The notes: generated from the letters alone by a model not told the origin. A DNA stretch of 64,000 nt from an uncultured delta proteobacterium (GCA_963839305.1 CAWIUL010000011.1:2377561-2441560); one strand, 5' to 3'. Counted from the stretch's first letter, positions 1-9,524 are shown. Translations and numbers: made by a program.

Positions 1-2283
1 CGCGAGGTAGAGCGCGCGGAAGTTCTTCGGATCGGCCTTGAGCGCCGAGTCGAGCGACGCGCGCGCGTTCTGCTCGTCCTCTTCGCGCACGTAGGCGATC
101 GTGAGATCGACGAGCGCGTTCGCGTCGCTCGGCGCCTTCTGCGCGGCGTCCTTCGCCTGCTCGAGCGTCTTGGTCATCCGCATGTCGGGGATGAACTGGC
201 CCTTGTAGCGCTCGAGCCGCTTGAGCTGCCACTCGCGGTAGCGCTTGTCGTAGTCGGCGGCGCTCACGCCGAAGGCGTTCTGGATCACGTCCGCGGTCGT
301 CTGGTTCTGGCCCCAGAGCTCGAGCGCCTTCACGACCTTCGGCATGCCGTACGTCTCGACGGTGAAGACCATCATCTGCGACGCCGCGTAGTACGCGACG
401 GTGATGTCCTCGGCGCTCTCGGCGTGCGTGAAGACGCGGTTCATGTTCACCGAGCCCGGGATGCGATCGTGCGTGAGCGCGACGTAGAGCTCGGGGTCCA
501 TCTCGCGCTGCCACTCGGGGCGGCGCGCGATGGTCTCGTACTCGGAGAGCCCCTCGGTGAACCAGCGCGGGACGTGGTTCTTCGAGAGCTGGATCGCGAA
601 GACGTGCCCGAGCTCGTGCCACAGCACGTTGCCCCAGTTGAACGGCTCCGCGCCGGGTCCCATCGCGGCGATCACGTGCCCGAAGCAGACGCCCTGGAGC
701 ATGCCGCCCGGGAGCCCGCTGATTCGCACGTTGAACTGCTCGCGCGCATTCTTGATCTTGCCGTTTTGACCTGGCTCGAACACTTCGATTTGAATGGGCT
801 GCGCTGGCACGTAGTTGTAGCGCGCCTTCATCGAGGCCCAGGCCTCGCCGAGCATGCGCGGCACGTAGCGGCGGAGCACGGGCTCGGTCTTCTTCAAATA
901 ACGAATCTTGAAGGGACCTTCGTCGATCAAATCGTAGTCTTTACCGAAGTTCGACTCGAACAAATCGAGCGTGTTGTAGACATAGACGTTGTACTTGTCC
1001 TTCGAGTACGCCTTGTTGAGCGCGAGGAGACCGTCCTGCTCGTCGCCGCGGCGCGTCTCCATGAGACCGAGCTGCGCCCACGCGAGGCCGTCCTCGGGAT
1101 CGACCTTCACGGCCTCCTTCATCATCGCGATGATGTCGTCGTAGCGGTGCTCCCACTCCGCATACTCGGCGACGGTCGAGTAGAACGTCGAGTACTCCTT
1201 GTTGCGGGAGAGCGTCTCCTTGCGCGCGTCCTCGTAGCCCTGGCAATCGTCGGCGAGGAAGCGCGTCGCGGCCTTGAGGCTCCAGAGGTCGAGGTCGTTC
1301 GGATCGACCGCGAACCCCGCGGCGATCTCGCTCTCCGCGGTCTTGATGTCCATGTCGTGGAGCGCGAGGCCCGCGCGGACCGCGTGCGCGCCGACGTGCT
1401 TCGGGTTCACGGCGAGCGCGTCCTTGATGAGCCCCTCGGCCGTGTCGAAGTCCATCGTCTGCGCGAGCTTGATCTTCGCCATGAAGACGAGCGCGTCGGG
1501 GTTCTTCGGCTCGAGCTTCAATACGGCGCGCATGTGGCGCTCGGCGCTCGCCATGTTGAACTTCTGGAGCACGAGGCCTGCGTGCCACATGTGCGCGCGG
1601 ATGTTTCGCGCGTCGTCCTTCTCGGCGGTGTTGTACGAGTCGTCCGCGTTGTGCCACGCGCGGAGGAGCTCCGTCGCGCGACCGACGAGCGCCATGCCGA
1701 CCGAGTCCTCGTCTTTGATGTTGTCCGCGCGATAGTCGTTCGGCAGCGTCATGAGCGGCACTTCGGCGTCGGTGCGCTTGCCCATCCCGATGAGCAGCTC
1801 ACCGAGGAGGACGCGCACCTCGCGCCCGCCCGCGCCGCTCGCGTTCTTGTTCGCCTCGAGGAGCTTGATCGCGTCCTCGCGCTTTCCCGTGTGAAAGAGG
1901 ATGTTCGCGCGGATCGCGGCGGCGTCGGCTGCGCGACCGGCGGAGACGAGCTGCGCCGAGGTCGCGTCGGCTTCCGTGTATTTTCCCTGCAACGCTTGGA
2001 CGCGCGCGAGCTCCGCGAGGGCGTCGCCGCGCGCGGCCCCGGAGATCGCCTTCAGCGCCTTCTCGGCCTCGGCGTAGTCGCCCTTGGCGAGCGCGTCCTT
2101 TCCGGCCGCGAGCGGCCCCGTCGCCGGAACGTACTGGCTCGGGCCGTGGGCGTGCGACGCCGAAGCCGACGCGGACCCGTTCGGCAGGAGGTGCCCGCCG
2201 CCAGCGCCGTGACGCGGTTGCGCGAACGCGGCGATGGGAAGGGCGACAGCGAGGGCGAAGAGGGCGACGTGGGATTTTCGCAC
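1..2283 (-). CDS. TPR-repeat protein with an HExxH zinc-metallopeptidase motif and an N-terminal signal peptide; the C-terminus runs off the window start
   Basis: The minus-strand frame is not in the ORF track because it is open to coordinate 1. A GTG start at 2283 gives 'VRKSHVALFALAVALPIAAFAQP', a signal-peptide-like N-terminus. The protein is long and plausible (>750 aa) with a 'WHELGHVF' HExxH motif and TPR-like helical repeats. The 632-aa plus-strand ORF at 424..2322 is its R/D/V-rich antisense. Confidence 0.7.
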   Translation of the reverse strand, partial: MRKSHVALFALAVALPIAAFAQPRHGAGGGHLLPNGSASASASHAHGPSQYVPATGPLAAGKDALAKGDYAEAEKALKAISGAARGDALAELARVQALQGKYTEADATSAQLVSAGRAADAAAIRANILFHTGKREDAIKLLEANKNASGAGGREVRVLLGELLIGMGKRTDAEVPLMTLPNDYRADNIKDEDSVGMALVGRATELLRAWHNADDSYNTAEKDDARNIRAHMWHAGLVLQKFNMASAERHMRAVLKLEPKNPDALVFMAKIKLAQTMDFDTAEGLIKDALAVNPKHVGAHAVRAGLALHDMDIKTAESEIAAGFAVDPNDLDLWSLKAATRFLADDCQGYEDARKETLSRNKEYSTFYSTVAEYAEWEHRYDDIIAMMKEAVKVDPEDGLAWAQLGLMETRRGDEQDGLLALNKAYSKDKYNVYVYNTLDLFESNFGKDYDLIDEGPFKIRYLKKTEPVLRRYVPRMLGEAWASMKARYNYVPAQPIQIEVFEPGQNGKIKNAREQFNVRISGLPGGMLQGVCFGHVIAAMGPGAEPFNWGNVLWHELGHVFAIQLSKNHVPRWFTEGLSEYETIARRPEWQREMDPELYVALTHDRIPGSVNMNRVFTHAESAEDITVAYYAASQMMVFTVETYGMPKVVKALELWGQNQTTADVIQNAFGVSAADYDKRYREWQLKRLERYKGQFIPDMRMTKTLEQAKDAAQKAPSDANALVDLTIAYVREEDEQNARASLDSALKADPKNFRALYLA

Positions 2284-2324
2284 GGCGTCAGTGTAGACGA
2301 GCCGCGGCCAATCGTCCTTTGACG

Positions 2325-2849
2325 TTAAACGCTGACCTCGTCCTTGCGGGGGCAGACCTCGCCCCGCTCGTCGAGCACGAGCACCATCTCCACCGCGTCT
2401 TCCCCGTCCTGGTAGTAGCGCTTTCGGATGCCCATCGCGAAGAAGGCGCAGTCCCGGTAGAGGCGGATCGCCGGCGTGTTCGAGCGGCGCACCTCGAGCA
2501 GGACGTGGCGGATGGCGTGCTCGCGCGCGTACGCGAGGGCTTGCTGCATGAGGGCGCGGCCGTACCCGCGGCGGCGGAGCTCGGGGTGCGTCGCGACGTC
2601 GAGGACGTGGAGCTCGTCGGCGACGTGCCACGCGAGCAGGAACGCGACCGTGTTCGGTCCGCCTTGCTTGGCGCGCGCGACCCAGAGGCGAGCCCAGGGG
2701 CGCGCGAGCTCCTCGCGGATCTGCGACGCGTCGAGGCGACCGCGCGACTTCACGACGTCACTGAGGCGCGGTTGTGACTCGCGGAACGACGCGTTCTCGA
2801 TCGCGAGCACGTCCGCGACGTCCGCCTCGGTCATGCGCTCGACGATCAT
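2325..2849 (-). CDS. rimI: GNAT-family N-acetyltransferase, RimI-like (ribosomal-protein-alanine acetyltransferase)
   Basis: The ORF at 2325..2921 contains 'MIVERMTEADVADVLAIENASF...YGRALMQQALAYAREHAIRHVLLEVRRSNTPAIRLYRDCAFFAMGIRKRYY', which carries GNAT motifs. I chose the internal Met (MIVERM) as start. Confidence 0.65.
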   Translation of the reverse strand: MIVERMTEADVADVLAIENASFRESQPRLSDVVKSRGRLDASQIREELARPWARLWVARAKQGGPNTVAFLLAWHVADELHVLDVATHPELRRRGYGRALMQQALAYAREHAIRHVLLEVRRSNTPAIRLYRDCAFFAMGIRKRYYQDGEDAVEMVLVLDERGEVCPRKDEVSV

Positions 2850-2874
2850 CTGGGCCCGCGAAGTATAGGGACGA

Positions 2875-4893
2875 TCACGGCACGGCGGAAGGCTGCGCGA
2901 CCTTCGCCAGGGCGCGCGCACGAGGTGCGAGCGCGTGCGCGTCGAGCGCGAGGCGCACCGTGCCGTCGCCGCGCACGATCGCGCCCGCGAACGGGCCCAT
3001 CGCCGCGACGAGCGGCGTCAGCGGCCGAACGAGGAGCTCCTCGATCGCGAGCGTCGCGTCGACGCTGATCTGGGCGCGAGCGTCGTCGTCCGACACCGCA
3101 AGCTCGAGGCACATCGCGCCAGGCGCGCTCGCGCCCGTGCCGATGCACGCGGCGAGGTGCGGCGCCGCGTCGCTCTCGGTGCGCTTCACCGAGGCGACGT
3201 CCGCGGCGAGGAGCGCGTACGTCTCGCCGCCCGCCTCGACCCAGAGCACCTTCGCGAAGCCGCTCTCGACGGGAACCTCGACGGCCGCGCTCAGGCCTTC
3301 GCCCTTTCGGCTCGATAGGTGCACGCGCCCGCCGAGCTTTTGAACGGAGGCGTGCGCGATGTCGAGGCCGATGCCGCGACCCGCGAGGAGATCGCTCGTG
3401 TCGCGCGTCGAAAAGCCTGGAAGAAAGAGGAGCGCGAGGAGCGTGTCCTCGTCGGTGCGCGCGGCGAGCGCCTTCGTGAGCATGCCGCTCTCGACGGCGC
3501 GCCGTCGCACGTCGGCCACGTCCGCGCCCGCGCCGTCGTCGGAGATCGTGATGCGGAGGCGCCCCGCGGATTTCCGCGCGACGAACTGGATCGTGCCCTC
3601 GCGCGCCTTTCCCGCGGCCTCGCGCTCTTCGGGCGGCTCGATGCCGTGCGCCACGGCGTTACGTGCAATATGCAAACATGGGTCGACGAGCGCCTCGGCG
3701 AGCCGTCGATCGACCATCTCGTCGCCGCCGGTCTCGACCACGATCACTTCGCGCCCACTGCGGCGCGCCTCGGCCTCGACGGCGACCGTGAGCCGCGAGA
3801 AGAGATGACGCAGCGGCGTCTGACGCATCGCCGAGAGCTCGCGCTTCGCCGTGGTCTCCGCCTCGCGCAGCGCGATCTCGGGGCGGCGCACGGACGCCGC
3901 GGCCTCCTCGAGCCTCTCGCCGACGACCGCGAGCGAGTCGGCCACGGTGCGAATGCGCGAGAGCGCCGCAGCGGGCGCTCCCCACGGGCGCGGAGGACCG
4001 ATGAGCCGGAGGGCCTCGGCGAGATCGGCGCGTAGCCCGCGCATCTCGGCGCCGCGCTCGAGGAGCGCGCTCGCGGACTGCGCCATCGCCTCGCGCGCGA
4101 CCGACACGGACGTCGTGCGATCGAGCAGCGTGTCGACGGAGTGGAGCGCGACGCGGATCGTCGCGTCGTCGACGATCGACGAGCGAGGCGCTTCGGACTC
4201 GGTGGGCGGGCGCGACGATTTCGTCTCCGGCATCCGCGCGGCGACCGCGCGAAGGGAGATGAGCGCGCTCGGCGGATCGTCGACCAAACCGCCGAGAACG
4301 CCGCGCCACCGCGCGAGCTCGGCGAGCGCCGCCTTCGCCGCGTCGCGACCGCTCGACCCGCCGCGCAAGCGCTCCTCGAGGCCGTGACAGAACCACGCCA
4401 TCGGCTCGTCTCCGACCGAGCTCGCCGCGCCCTTGATCGTGTGGACTTGCCTGTACGCGAGCGCGATCGCGTCGAGCGGGCCGAGCGAGCCGCCGAGCGC
4501 CTCGTCGATGCTCGCGAGTCGATCGCCGAGCTCGGCGAAGTACTGCACGCGGATCGACGGATCGATCGCGCGCGGCGCGAGCGACGTTGGCGGGACTGGC
4601 CACACCACGAGACCCTCGGACGCAGGCTCGCCCGCGAGGAGCTTCTCCTCCGCCTGGCGCATGATCCTCGCCGCGTCGCGCGCGGCGCTGTCCTCGCCCG
4701 AGGTCAGCTTGCGCTCGAGGCGCGTGATCTCTTGCGCGAGCGCCGTCTCGCCCGCGAGCCCGAGCGAGCCCTTCAGCGCGTGGAGCGCGCGCTGCGCCTC
4801 TTGGAGCTCGAGCGGATCATGCTCGAGCGCGGGCAAATGCCGCGCGATTTCGACGAGGAGAAGCCGCGCGAGCTCGGGATCGCCCACCGTCAC
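2875..4893 (-). CDS. cheA: CheA-type chemotaxis histidine kinase with two N-terminal HPt (P1) domains, an HATPase domain and a CheW-like C-terminal domain
   Basis: The 672-aa intact ORF has HPt motifs 'HALKGSLGLAG' and 'HTIKGAASSVG', and an ATP-binding region 'HIARNAVAHGIE...GRGIGLDI'. The C-terminal domain is CheW-like. The GTG start overlaps the stop of the upstream MCP gene (GTGA). Confidence 0.85.
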   Translation of the reverse strand: MTVGDPELARLLLVEIARHLPALEHDPLELQEAQRALHALKGSLGLAGETALAQEITRLERKLTSGEDSAARDAARIMRQAEEKLLAGEPASEGLVVWPVPPTSLAPRAIDPSIRVQYFAELGDRLASIDEALGGSLGPLDAIALAYRQVHTIKGAASSVGDEPMAWFCHGLEERLRGGSSGRDAAKAALAELARWRGVLGGLVDDPPSALISLRAVAARMPETKSSRPPTESEAPRSSIVDDATIRVALHSVDTLLDRTTSVSVAREAMAQSASALLERGAEMRGLRADLAEALRLIGPPRPWGAPAAALSRIRTVADSLAVVGERLEEAAASVRRPEIALREAETTAKRELSAMRQTPLRHLFSRLTVAVEAEARRSGREVIVVETGGDEMVDRRLAEALVDPCLHIARNAVAHGIEPPEEREAAGKAREGTIQFVARKSAGRLRITISDDGAGADVADVRRRAVESGMLTKALAARTDEDTLLALLFLPGFSTRDTSDLLAGRGIGLDIAHASVQKLGGRVHLSSRKGEGLSAAVEVPVESGFAKVLWVEAGGETYALLAADVASVKRTESDAAPHLAACIGTGASAPGAMCLELAVSDDDARAQISVDATLAIEELLVRPLTPLVAAMGPFAGAIVRGDGTVRLALDAHALAPRARALAKVAQPSAVP

Positions 4894-5678
4894 TCCTTCG
4901 GTTGCGGCTCGTCCGCCTCCTCGTCGACGAACAGCGAGCGCACGAGCGGCTCGAGCATCGGACGGAGCGCGGTCGTGAGGAGCGCGCGCGGCACGCGACC
5001 GCTGAGCGCGCCAAGCGCGGTGACGAGCGCGCGCGCGTGATCGGTGGCTTGGGCGATCGCCTGCGCGGTCTCGGGATCGCTCCCCGTCGCGGTGCGAAGG
5101 CGCTCCCCGAGCTCGACGAGCGCGCGCCCCGACTCGCTCGCGGACGCCGCCGCCGAGGAGGCCTGCTGCGTCACGTCCGCGCCGTGTCCGCGCGCGTCGT
5201 CGAAGCGCGCCTGGAGCCCAGCGATCTCACGCGAGCACTCGGAGAGCGAGCGGCCGATCTCGCGTGTGGTCTCGGCGCCGCGCTCGGCCTGCGAGCGAAC
5301 CTCTTCGCTCACGAGCGAGAGCGGCTTGCCCGCGGTCTCGCCGAGACGCGCGCCCTCGAGCCCGGTGTTGAGCGCGACGATGTTGAGGCGCTCGAACGAC
5401 TCGCCAAGGCGCGAGAGGTGGCGCTGCAAGTCCTCGGTGCGCGCGACGAGCCCGCGGACCTCGTCGGATCCGGCGTCGAGCGTCGCGCGCTGCTTCGCCG
5501 TGCTCGACGCCGCGCGCTCCGCCGATTGTGCGGCTTGCGTCGCGGCTTCTTGCGCGCGTCCGTGCGCCGCCCAGAGCGCGCCCTCTTCGGTGATCGAGCG
5601 CGCGGTCCCCTTCGCGCTCGCGTCGCTGCGGCGCCAAAGCCGAAAGAAACGATTCTTCTGCTGACGTGACTCGGCCAT
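4890..5678 (-). CDS. Soluble methyl-accepting chemotaxis protein: MCP signalling domain only, with no transmembrane segment
   Basis: The frame of ORF 4890..5837 from Met at 5678 ('MAESRQQKNRFF...') has coiled-coil composition rich in Ala, Ser, Glu and Arg. It includes an MCP highly-conserved-domain-like stretch ('NIVALNTGLEGARLGETAGKPLSLVSEEVRSQAE'). It sits between cheW and cheA. Confidence 0.65.
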   Translation of the reverse strand: MAESRQQKNRFFRLWRRSDASAKGTARSITEEGALWAAHGRAQEAATQAAQSAERAASSTAKQRATLDAGSDEVRGLVARTEDLQRHLSRLGESFERLNIVALNTGLEGARLGETAGKPLSLVSEEVRSQAERGAETTREIGRSLSECSREIAGLQARFDDARGHGADVTQQASSAAASASESGRALVELGERLRTATGSDPETAQAIAQATDHARALVTALGALSGRVPRALLTTALRPMLEPLVRSLFVDEEADEPQPKE

Positions 5679-5686
5679 GATCCGCC

Positions 5687-6088
5687 TCAGCCTTCCCCTG
5701 CGATGGTCCAGCGCGCGCTCTGCAAGCTCGCGAACGTCGCCGTGAGGTCGAGCGATCGAACGGGCGCGCCGTTCGCGACCACCGCGCCCTCCGCGCTCGG
5801 ATCGGCGTCGAACGTCCCCGTCGCGACGACCTCGCACCCGACGATGCCGACCGGCTCACCGAGGTATCGGCACACGATCAGCGGCGAGTCCGCGCGCACG
5901 TCCTCGGCGACCGACACGACGGGCACGATCTCTCCGCCCGTGTACGCGATCCCGAGCATCGATTTCGGCGCGCCAGGCACGCGCGAGATGAGCGGGCGCG
6001 GGGCGACGCGCGACACCACCGACGCCGGCAAGAACCGAAGCGCGCCCTCGTGACGAACGACCACGCCGCCTCGCTTGGGCCCGGGCAT
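5687..6088 (-). CDS. cheW: CheW chemotaxis coupling protein
   Basis: The C-terminal 134 aa of ORF frame 5687..7453 read 'MPGPKRGGVVVRHEGALRFLPASVVSRVAPRPLISRVPGAPKSMLGIAYTGGEIVPVVSVAED...'. This has a CheW fold signature. The ATG at 6088 overlaps the stop of the upstream receiver gene (TGATG). Confidence 0.8.
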   Translation of the reverse strand: MPGPKRGGVVVRHEGALRFLPASVVSRVAPRPLISRVPGAPKSMLGIAYTGGEIVPVVSVAEDVRADSPLIVCRYLGEPVGIVGCEVVATGTFDADPSAEGAVVANGAPVRSLDLTATFASLQSARWTIAGEG

Positions 6089-7506
6089 CAGGCCGCCTTT
6101 CGCCGCACGAGCCGAGCCTCGATGAGCTGGAACAAGATGCGGCACGCGTCGAAGCTCGAGAGGTGGCTCGCGGCGATCACCTCGCGCACGGTGCGCTCGC
6201 CGTCGATCGCTTCGAGCACGGATTTCTCGGCGCGCGCGAGCTTCGTGTCGCCGCCCATCGAGTCGACCGACGCGGGGTCCGGCATGAGGACCTGATCGAA
6301 GCTCCCGAGGCGCGCCTCGATGACGCGCCACTCGTCGACGCGCCGGAAGCCTTCCATCACGATCGATGCGACGGGCATCGCGAGGCGCGCGCGCTCGGCG
6401 AGCTGCGACGTGGAGCGCTGCTTGAACTCGAAGCGACCCGCTTGCCAGCGGAGGAGCTCGTAGATGAGCTCGCTCGATTGGCGCGTGAGCGCCTCTTTGA
6501 GCTGCGCCTCGTTGACGTGGCCCGCCTCGACGAGCATGTCGCCGAGGAGCTTCGTCGGCTTCGACGAAGACGGGCCGCTCGACGGCGGAAGGAGCGAGCT
6601 TCGCACGAGCTCTTCGATCTGGTCCTCGGTCACGAGCCCCTCTTCCAGGAAGAAGCGCCCGAGACGGAACTCGTCGCCCGCGCCGCGCGACTGCACGAGG
6701 TCGACGAGGCCGCCGCGCATGTGGATCGTGACCTCGCTCTCGGCGTTCCAGATGACGAGCGTGCCGGTCTGCGCTTCCATCTGGAGGAGCTGCAAGACGG
6801 CGCCGATCGGGATCGCGCCCAGGTTTCCGGCGAGCACGACCGCGTTCTTGTCTCCCAGATCGACGGCGTGGACGGAGCGCGCGAGCTGCGAGATCTGCTC
6901 GGGCCCGATCTTCGAGGTGAGCGCCTCCATGATGCGGCCTTCGTCGCCGATCGCGCTCGTGGGGAGCTTCGCTACGAGCGGCGCGAGCACGTTGCCGAGC
7001 TGCGCGGCGAAGTCCGCCGTCGCGCGCGCGCGCATCGCGGTCTCCTCGCGCATCGCGGGCGAGCGCGTCGAGAGCGGGATGTCGGTCTCGTCGAGCACGA
7101 GCGGCGGCGCGCTGACGACCTGACCCGCGGCGACGCGCTTGAGCGCGTTCTCCACCGCGGCGACGAGCGCCTGCGCGTCGAACGGCTTCGTGATCGCGTC
7201 GATCGCCCCCGTCTGCTGGACGAACTGCTCGCGGATGCGATCCGTCTTCGCGCTCATGAGGAGCACGGGCAGGCGCTTCCATTCCTCGCGCGCGCGGATG
7301 GCGCGGCAGAACTGGAAGCCGTTCATCTTCGGCATCACGAAGTCGAGCAGCACGAGATCGAACGGCGTCTCCGCGCTCGTCAGCGCCTCGACGGCGAACT
7401 GTCCGTCGGACGCGGGCGAGGGCTCGAAGCCATGGCGCTCGAGGATGCCGCACACGACCCGGCGGATCGTGTTGCTGTCGTCGACGACGAGAATGCGGGC
7501 ACCCAT
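6088..7506 (-). CDS. Response regulator receiver domain fused to a DUF4388 domain
   Basis: The 472-aa intact ORF begins 'MGARILVVDDSNTIRRVVCGILERHGFEP...DLVLLDFVMPKMNGFQFCRAI...LLMSAKTD', a CheY-like receiver. The C-terminal half matches the DUF4388 type that is common in Myxococcota. Confidence 0.8.
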   Translation of the reverse strand: MGARILVVDDSNTIRRVVCGILERHGFEPSPASDGQFAVEALTSAETPFDLVLLDFVMPKMNGFQFCRAIRAREEWKRLPVLLMSAKTDRIREQFVQQTGAIDAITKPFDAQALVAAVENALKRVAAGQVVSAPPLVLDETDIPLSTRSPAMREETAMRARATADFAAQLGNVLAPLVAKLPTSAIGDEGRIMEALTSKIGPEQISQLARSVHAVDLGDKNAVVLAGNLGAIPIGAVLQLLQMEAQTGTLVIWNAESEVTIHMRGGLVDLVQSRGAGDEFRLGRFFLEEGLVTEDQIEELVRSSLLPPSSGPSSSKPTKLLGDMLVEAGHVNEAQLKEALTRQSSELIYELLRWQAGRFEFKQRSTSQLAERARLAMPVASIVMEGFRRVDEWRVIEARLGSFDQVLMPDPASVDSMGGDTKLARAEKSVLEAIDGERTVREVIAASHLSSFDACRILFQLIEARLVRRKAA

Positions 7507-7571
7507 GTCTCCTGCTCCGCGGCTTCGCCGCGATGGCTTAGTTTTGGCAAATCTACTACAGCCCCACCCCC

Positions 7572-9002
7572 GTGGACTTGCTCGTTTCCGGAGGGACGAT
7601 CGTCACCTGCGACGGCGCGAATCGCGTGATTCAGGGCGATTTGCTCGTTCGCGCGGGTCGAATCGTCGCGATCGGCGACGCAGCGCGGCGAGCGGCGCTC
7701 CGTCCTGCCCGCGTCCTCGACGCGCGCGGGTGCGCCGTGATTCCGGGCCTCGTGCAGGCCCACGTGCACCTTTGCCAGGTGCTCTTCCGAGGAATGGCGG
7801 ACGATTTGCCGCTCCTCGAGTGGCTGAAGAGTCGCATCTGGCCGCTCGAAGCGGCGCACGACGAAAAGAGCGCACGCGCGAGCGCCGAGCTCGGCCTCCT
7901 CGAGGCGATGCGCGCCGGCACCACGACCATCCTCGACATGGGCACGGTGCGAGCCCACGACGCGATCGTGGACGCGTGCGTTCGCGCGGGCGTCCGCGCG
8001 ATCAGCGGCAAGACGATGATGGACATCGGCGAAGACGTGCCGAAGGGTCTCCGCGAGTCGACGCGAGCGAGCCTCGACGAGAGCGATCGCCTCTTGCGCG
8101 ACTGGGACGGCCACGCCGGCGGTCGCATCCGCTACGCGTACGCGCCGCGGTTCATCCTCTCGTGCAGCGAGAAGCTCGTGCGCGGCGCGGCGGAGCGCGC
8201 GAAGGATCACGACGCCATCGTGCACTCGCACGTCGCCGAGCACCCGAGCGAGCGCGCCGCGGTGCGCGCAGCGCTCGGACGCGACGACATCGACGTCCTT
8301 CGTGAGTGGGGCGTGAGCGGCCCGCGCGCCGTCCTCGCGCACGGCGTCCAGCTCACCGACGACGAAGCGCGCGCGGTCGCGCGCGACGGCACGCGCATCG
8401 TCCACTGTCCGAGCGCGAACCTGAAGCTCGGCTCGGGCATCGCGCGCGTCGCGGAGCTCGACGCGCTCGGCGTTCAGCTCGCGCTCGGCTGCGACGGCGC
8501 GCCCTGCAACAACAACCTCGATCCGTGGCAGGAGCTCCGGCACGCGGCGCTCCTCGCGAAATGGCGCACCGCGCCGACCGCGCTCCCCGCGGCCCGCGCG
8601 GTTCGACTCGCGACAATCGACGGCGCGCGCGCCCTCGGCCTCGACTCCGAGATCGGCTCGCTCGAGGTCGGCAAGCGCGCGGACCTCGCCGTCGTCCGCG
8701 TCGACCGCGAGCACGAGGAGCCCGGCGGCGACGTCTTCTCGCGCCTCGTCTACGCCGCGAAATCGAGCGACGTCGAGCACGTCCTCGTCGACGGCGAGCT
8801 CGTCGTGAAGCACGGCGAGCACACGCTGCTCGACGGCGACTCGGTCCGCGCACACGCGCGCGCCGAGGCCCGCAAGCTCGTCGCGCCGCGCAAGCTGTGC
8901 GCCCGCGCGCGCCTTCAGCCGGGGCGCAGGCACCGGAGCCGCCAGCGAATACAGGCACGCGAGCCAGCGCGACGTACGGGGCTGAGCAGATCGACGACCT
9001 GA
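7572..9002 (+). CDS. Amidohydrolase-family deaminase (MtaD-like MTA/SAH deaminase, chlorohydrolase family)
   Basis: The 476-aa ORF has metal-binding motifs 'QAHVHLCQ', 'IVHSHVAEH' and 'LALGCDGAPCNNNLD'. The last ~40 aa are R-rich, so the true stop may be earlier or the tail may be read-through. Confidence 0.75.
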   Translation: MDLLVSGGTIVTCDGANRVIQGDLLVRAGRIVAIGDAARRAALRPARVLDARGCAVIPGLVQAHVHLCQVLFRGMADDLPLLEWLKSRIWPLEAAHDEKSARASAELGLLEAMRAGTTTILDMGTVRAHDAIVDACVRAGVRAISGKTMMDIGEDVPKGLRESTRASLDESDRLLRDWDGHAGGRIRYAYAPRFILSCSEKLVRGAAERAKDHDAIVHSHVAEHPSERAAVRAALGRDDIDVLREWGVSGPRAVLAHGVQLTDDEARAVARDGTRIVHCPSANLKLGSGIARVAELDALGVQLALGCDGAPCNNNLDPWQELRHAALLAKWRTAPTALPAARAVRLATIDGARALGLDSEIGSLEVGKRADLAVVRVDREHEEPGGDVFSRLVYAAKSSDVEHVLVDGELVVKHGEHTLLDGDSVRAHARAEARKLVAPRKLCARARLQPGRRHRSRQRIQAREPARRTGLSRSTT

Positions 9003-9185
9003 GCGTGATGCACACGCGGAACGGTCACCGTCACCGATCGCCGTCGGAGACAGCGTCATCGGCGTGATGAAGGACGTCACAAGCCATGCGAGCGGTGCTG
9101 GGATCGCGACGGGAGGGTCGCAGCATGTGAACGTCGCACTGGACGGACGGCGCGATGGATGAGGAGTATGGAGGCGCCGTTTGAG

Positions 9186-9521
9186 CTAGCGCACCTTGAC
9201 GATGAAGTAGCGCAGCACGTCCGCGTCGGAACCGTTGCGCAGCGCGAGCGTCGTTCCGAGCGGGAGGCGCACGACGACGCCAGGCGACAGCGGGATCGAC
9301 TGCTCGCCGACGCGCGCGTGACCGCGCCCCTCGGTGACGATCACGATCTCCGCGCACTCTTGCTGCACGTGCGCGCCCACCGTGCCGCCCGCGTCGAGCT
9401 CGCACCCGAGCACGCAATCGAAGGGCGGGAGCGGGCCATCGAGCATGCTCCACACGCGCACCTCGCCGGTCCCACCGAAGAGATCCCGGCGGCGATCCGG
9501 CTCACCGCGTCCGATCCACAT
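9186..9521 (-). CDS. Cupin-domain protein (small)
   Basis: Internal Met 'MWIGRGEPDRRRDLFGGTGEVRVWSML...AEIVIVTEGRGHARVGEQSIPLSPGVVVRLPLGTTLALRNGSDADVLRYFIVKV' has a cupin beta-barrel signature. Upstream ORF residues are Pro/Arg-rich translation of a G-rich spacer. Confidence 0.45.
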   Translation of the reverse strand: MWIGRGEPDRRRDLFGGTGEVRVWSMLDGPLPPFDCVLGCELDAGGTVGAHVQQECAEIVIVTEGRGHARVGEQSIPLSPGVVVRLPLGTTLALRNGSDADVLRYFIVKVR

Positions 9522-9524
9522 GCC

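Noticed and set aside
424-2322. A 632-aa plus-strand ORF, plus many similar Arg/Asp/Val/His- or Arg/Ala/Ser-rich long ORFs (e.g. 5687..7453 upper part, 7380..9080, 15122..17173 lower part, 26497..28086, 39339..41738, 49847..53212, 58464..59879, 60891..62255)
   Set aside because: These are the antisense or out-of-frame translations typical of ~70% GC DNA. They have low complexity and no motifs, and each overlaps a well-supported gene in another frame or on the other strand.
7507-7571. Possible sigma-54 promoter 'TGGCAAATCTACTAC' in the divergent spacer between the receiver gene and mtaD
   Set aside because: GG is present but no GC is at the correct +10 spacing. It does not fit the TGGCAC-N5-TTGC consensus.
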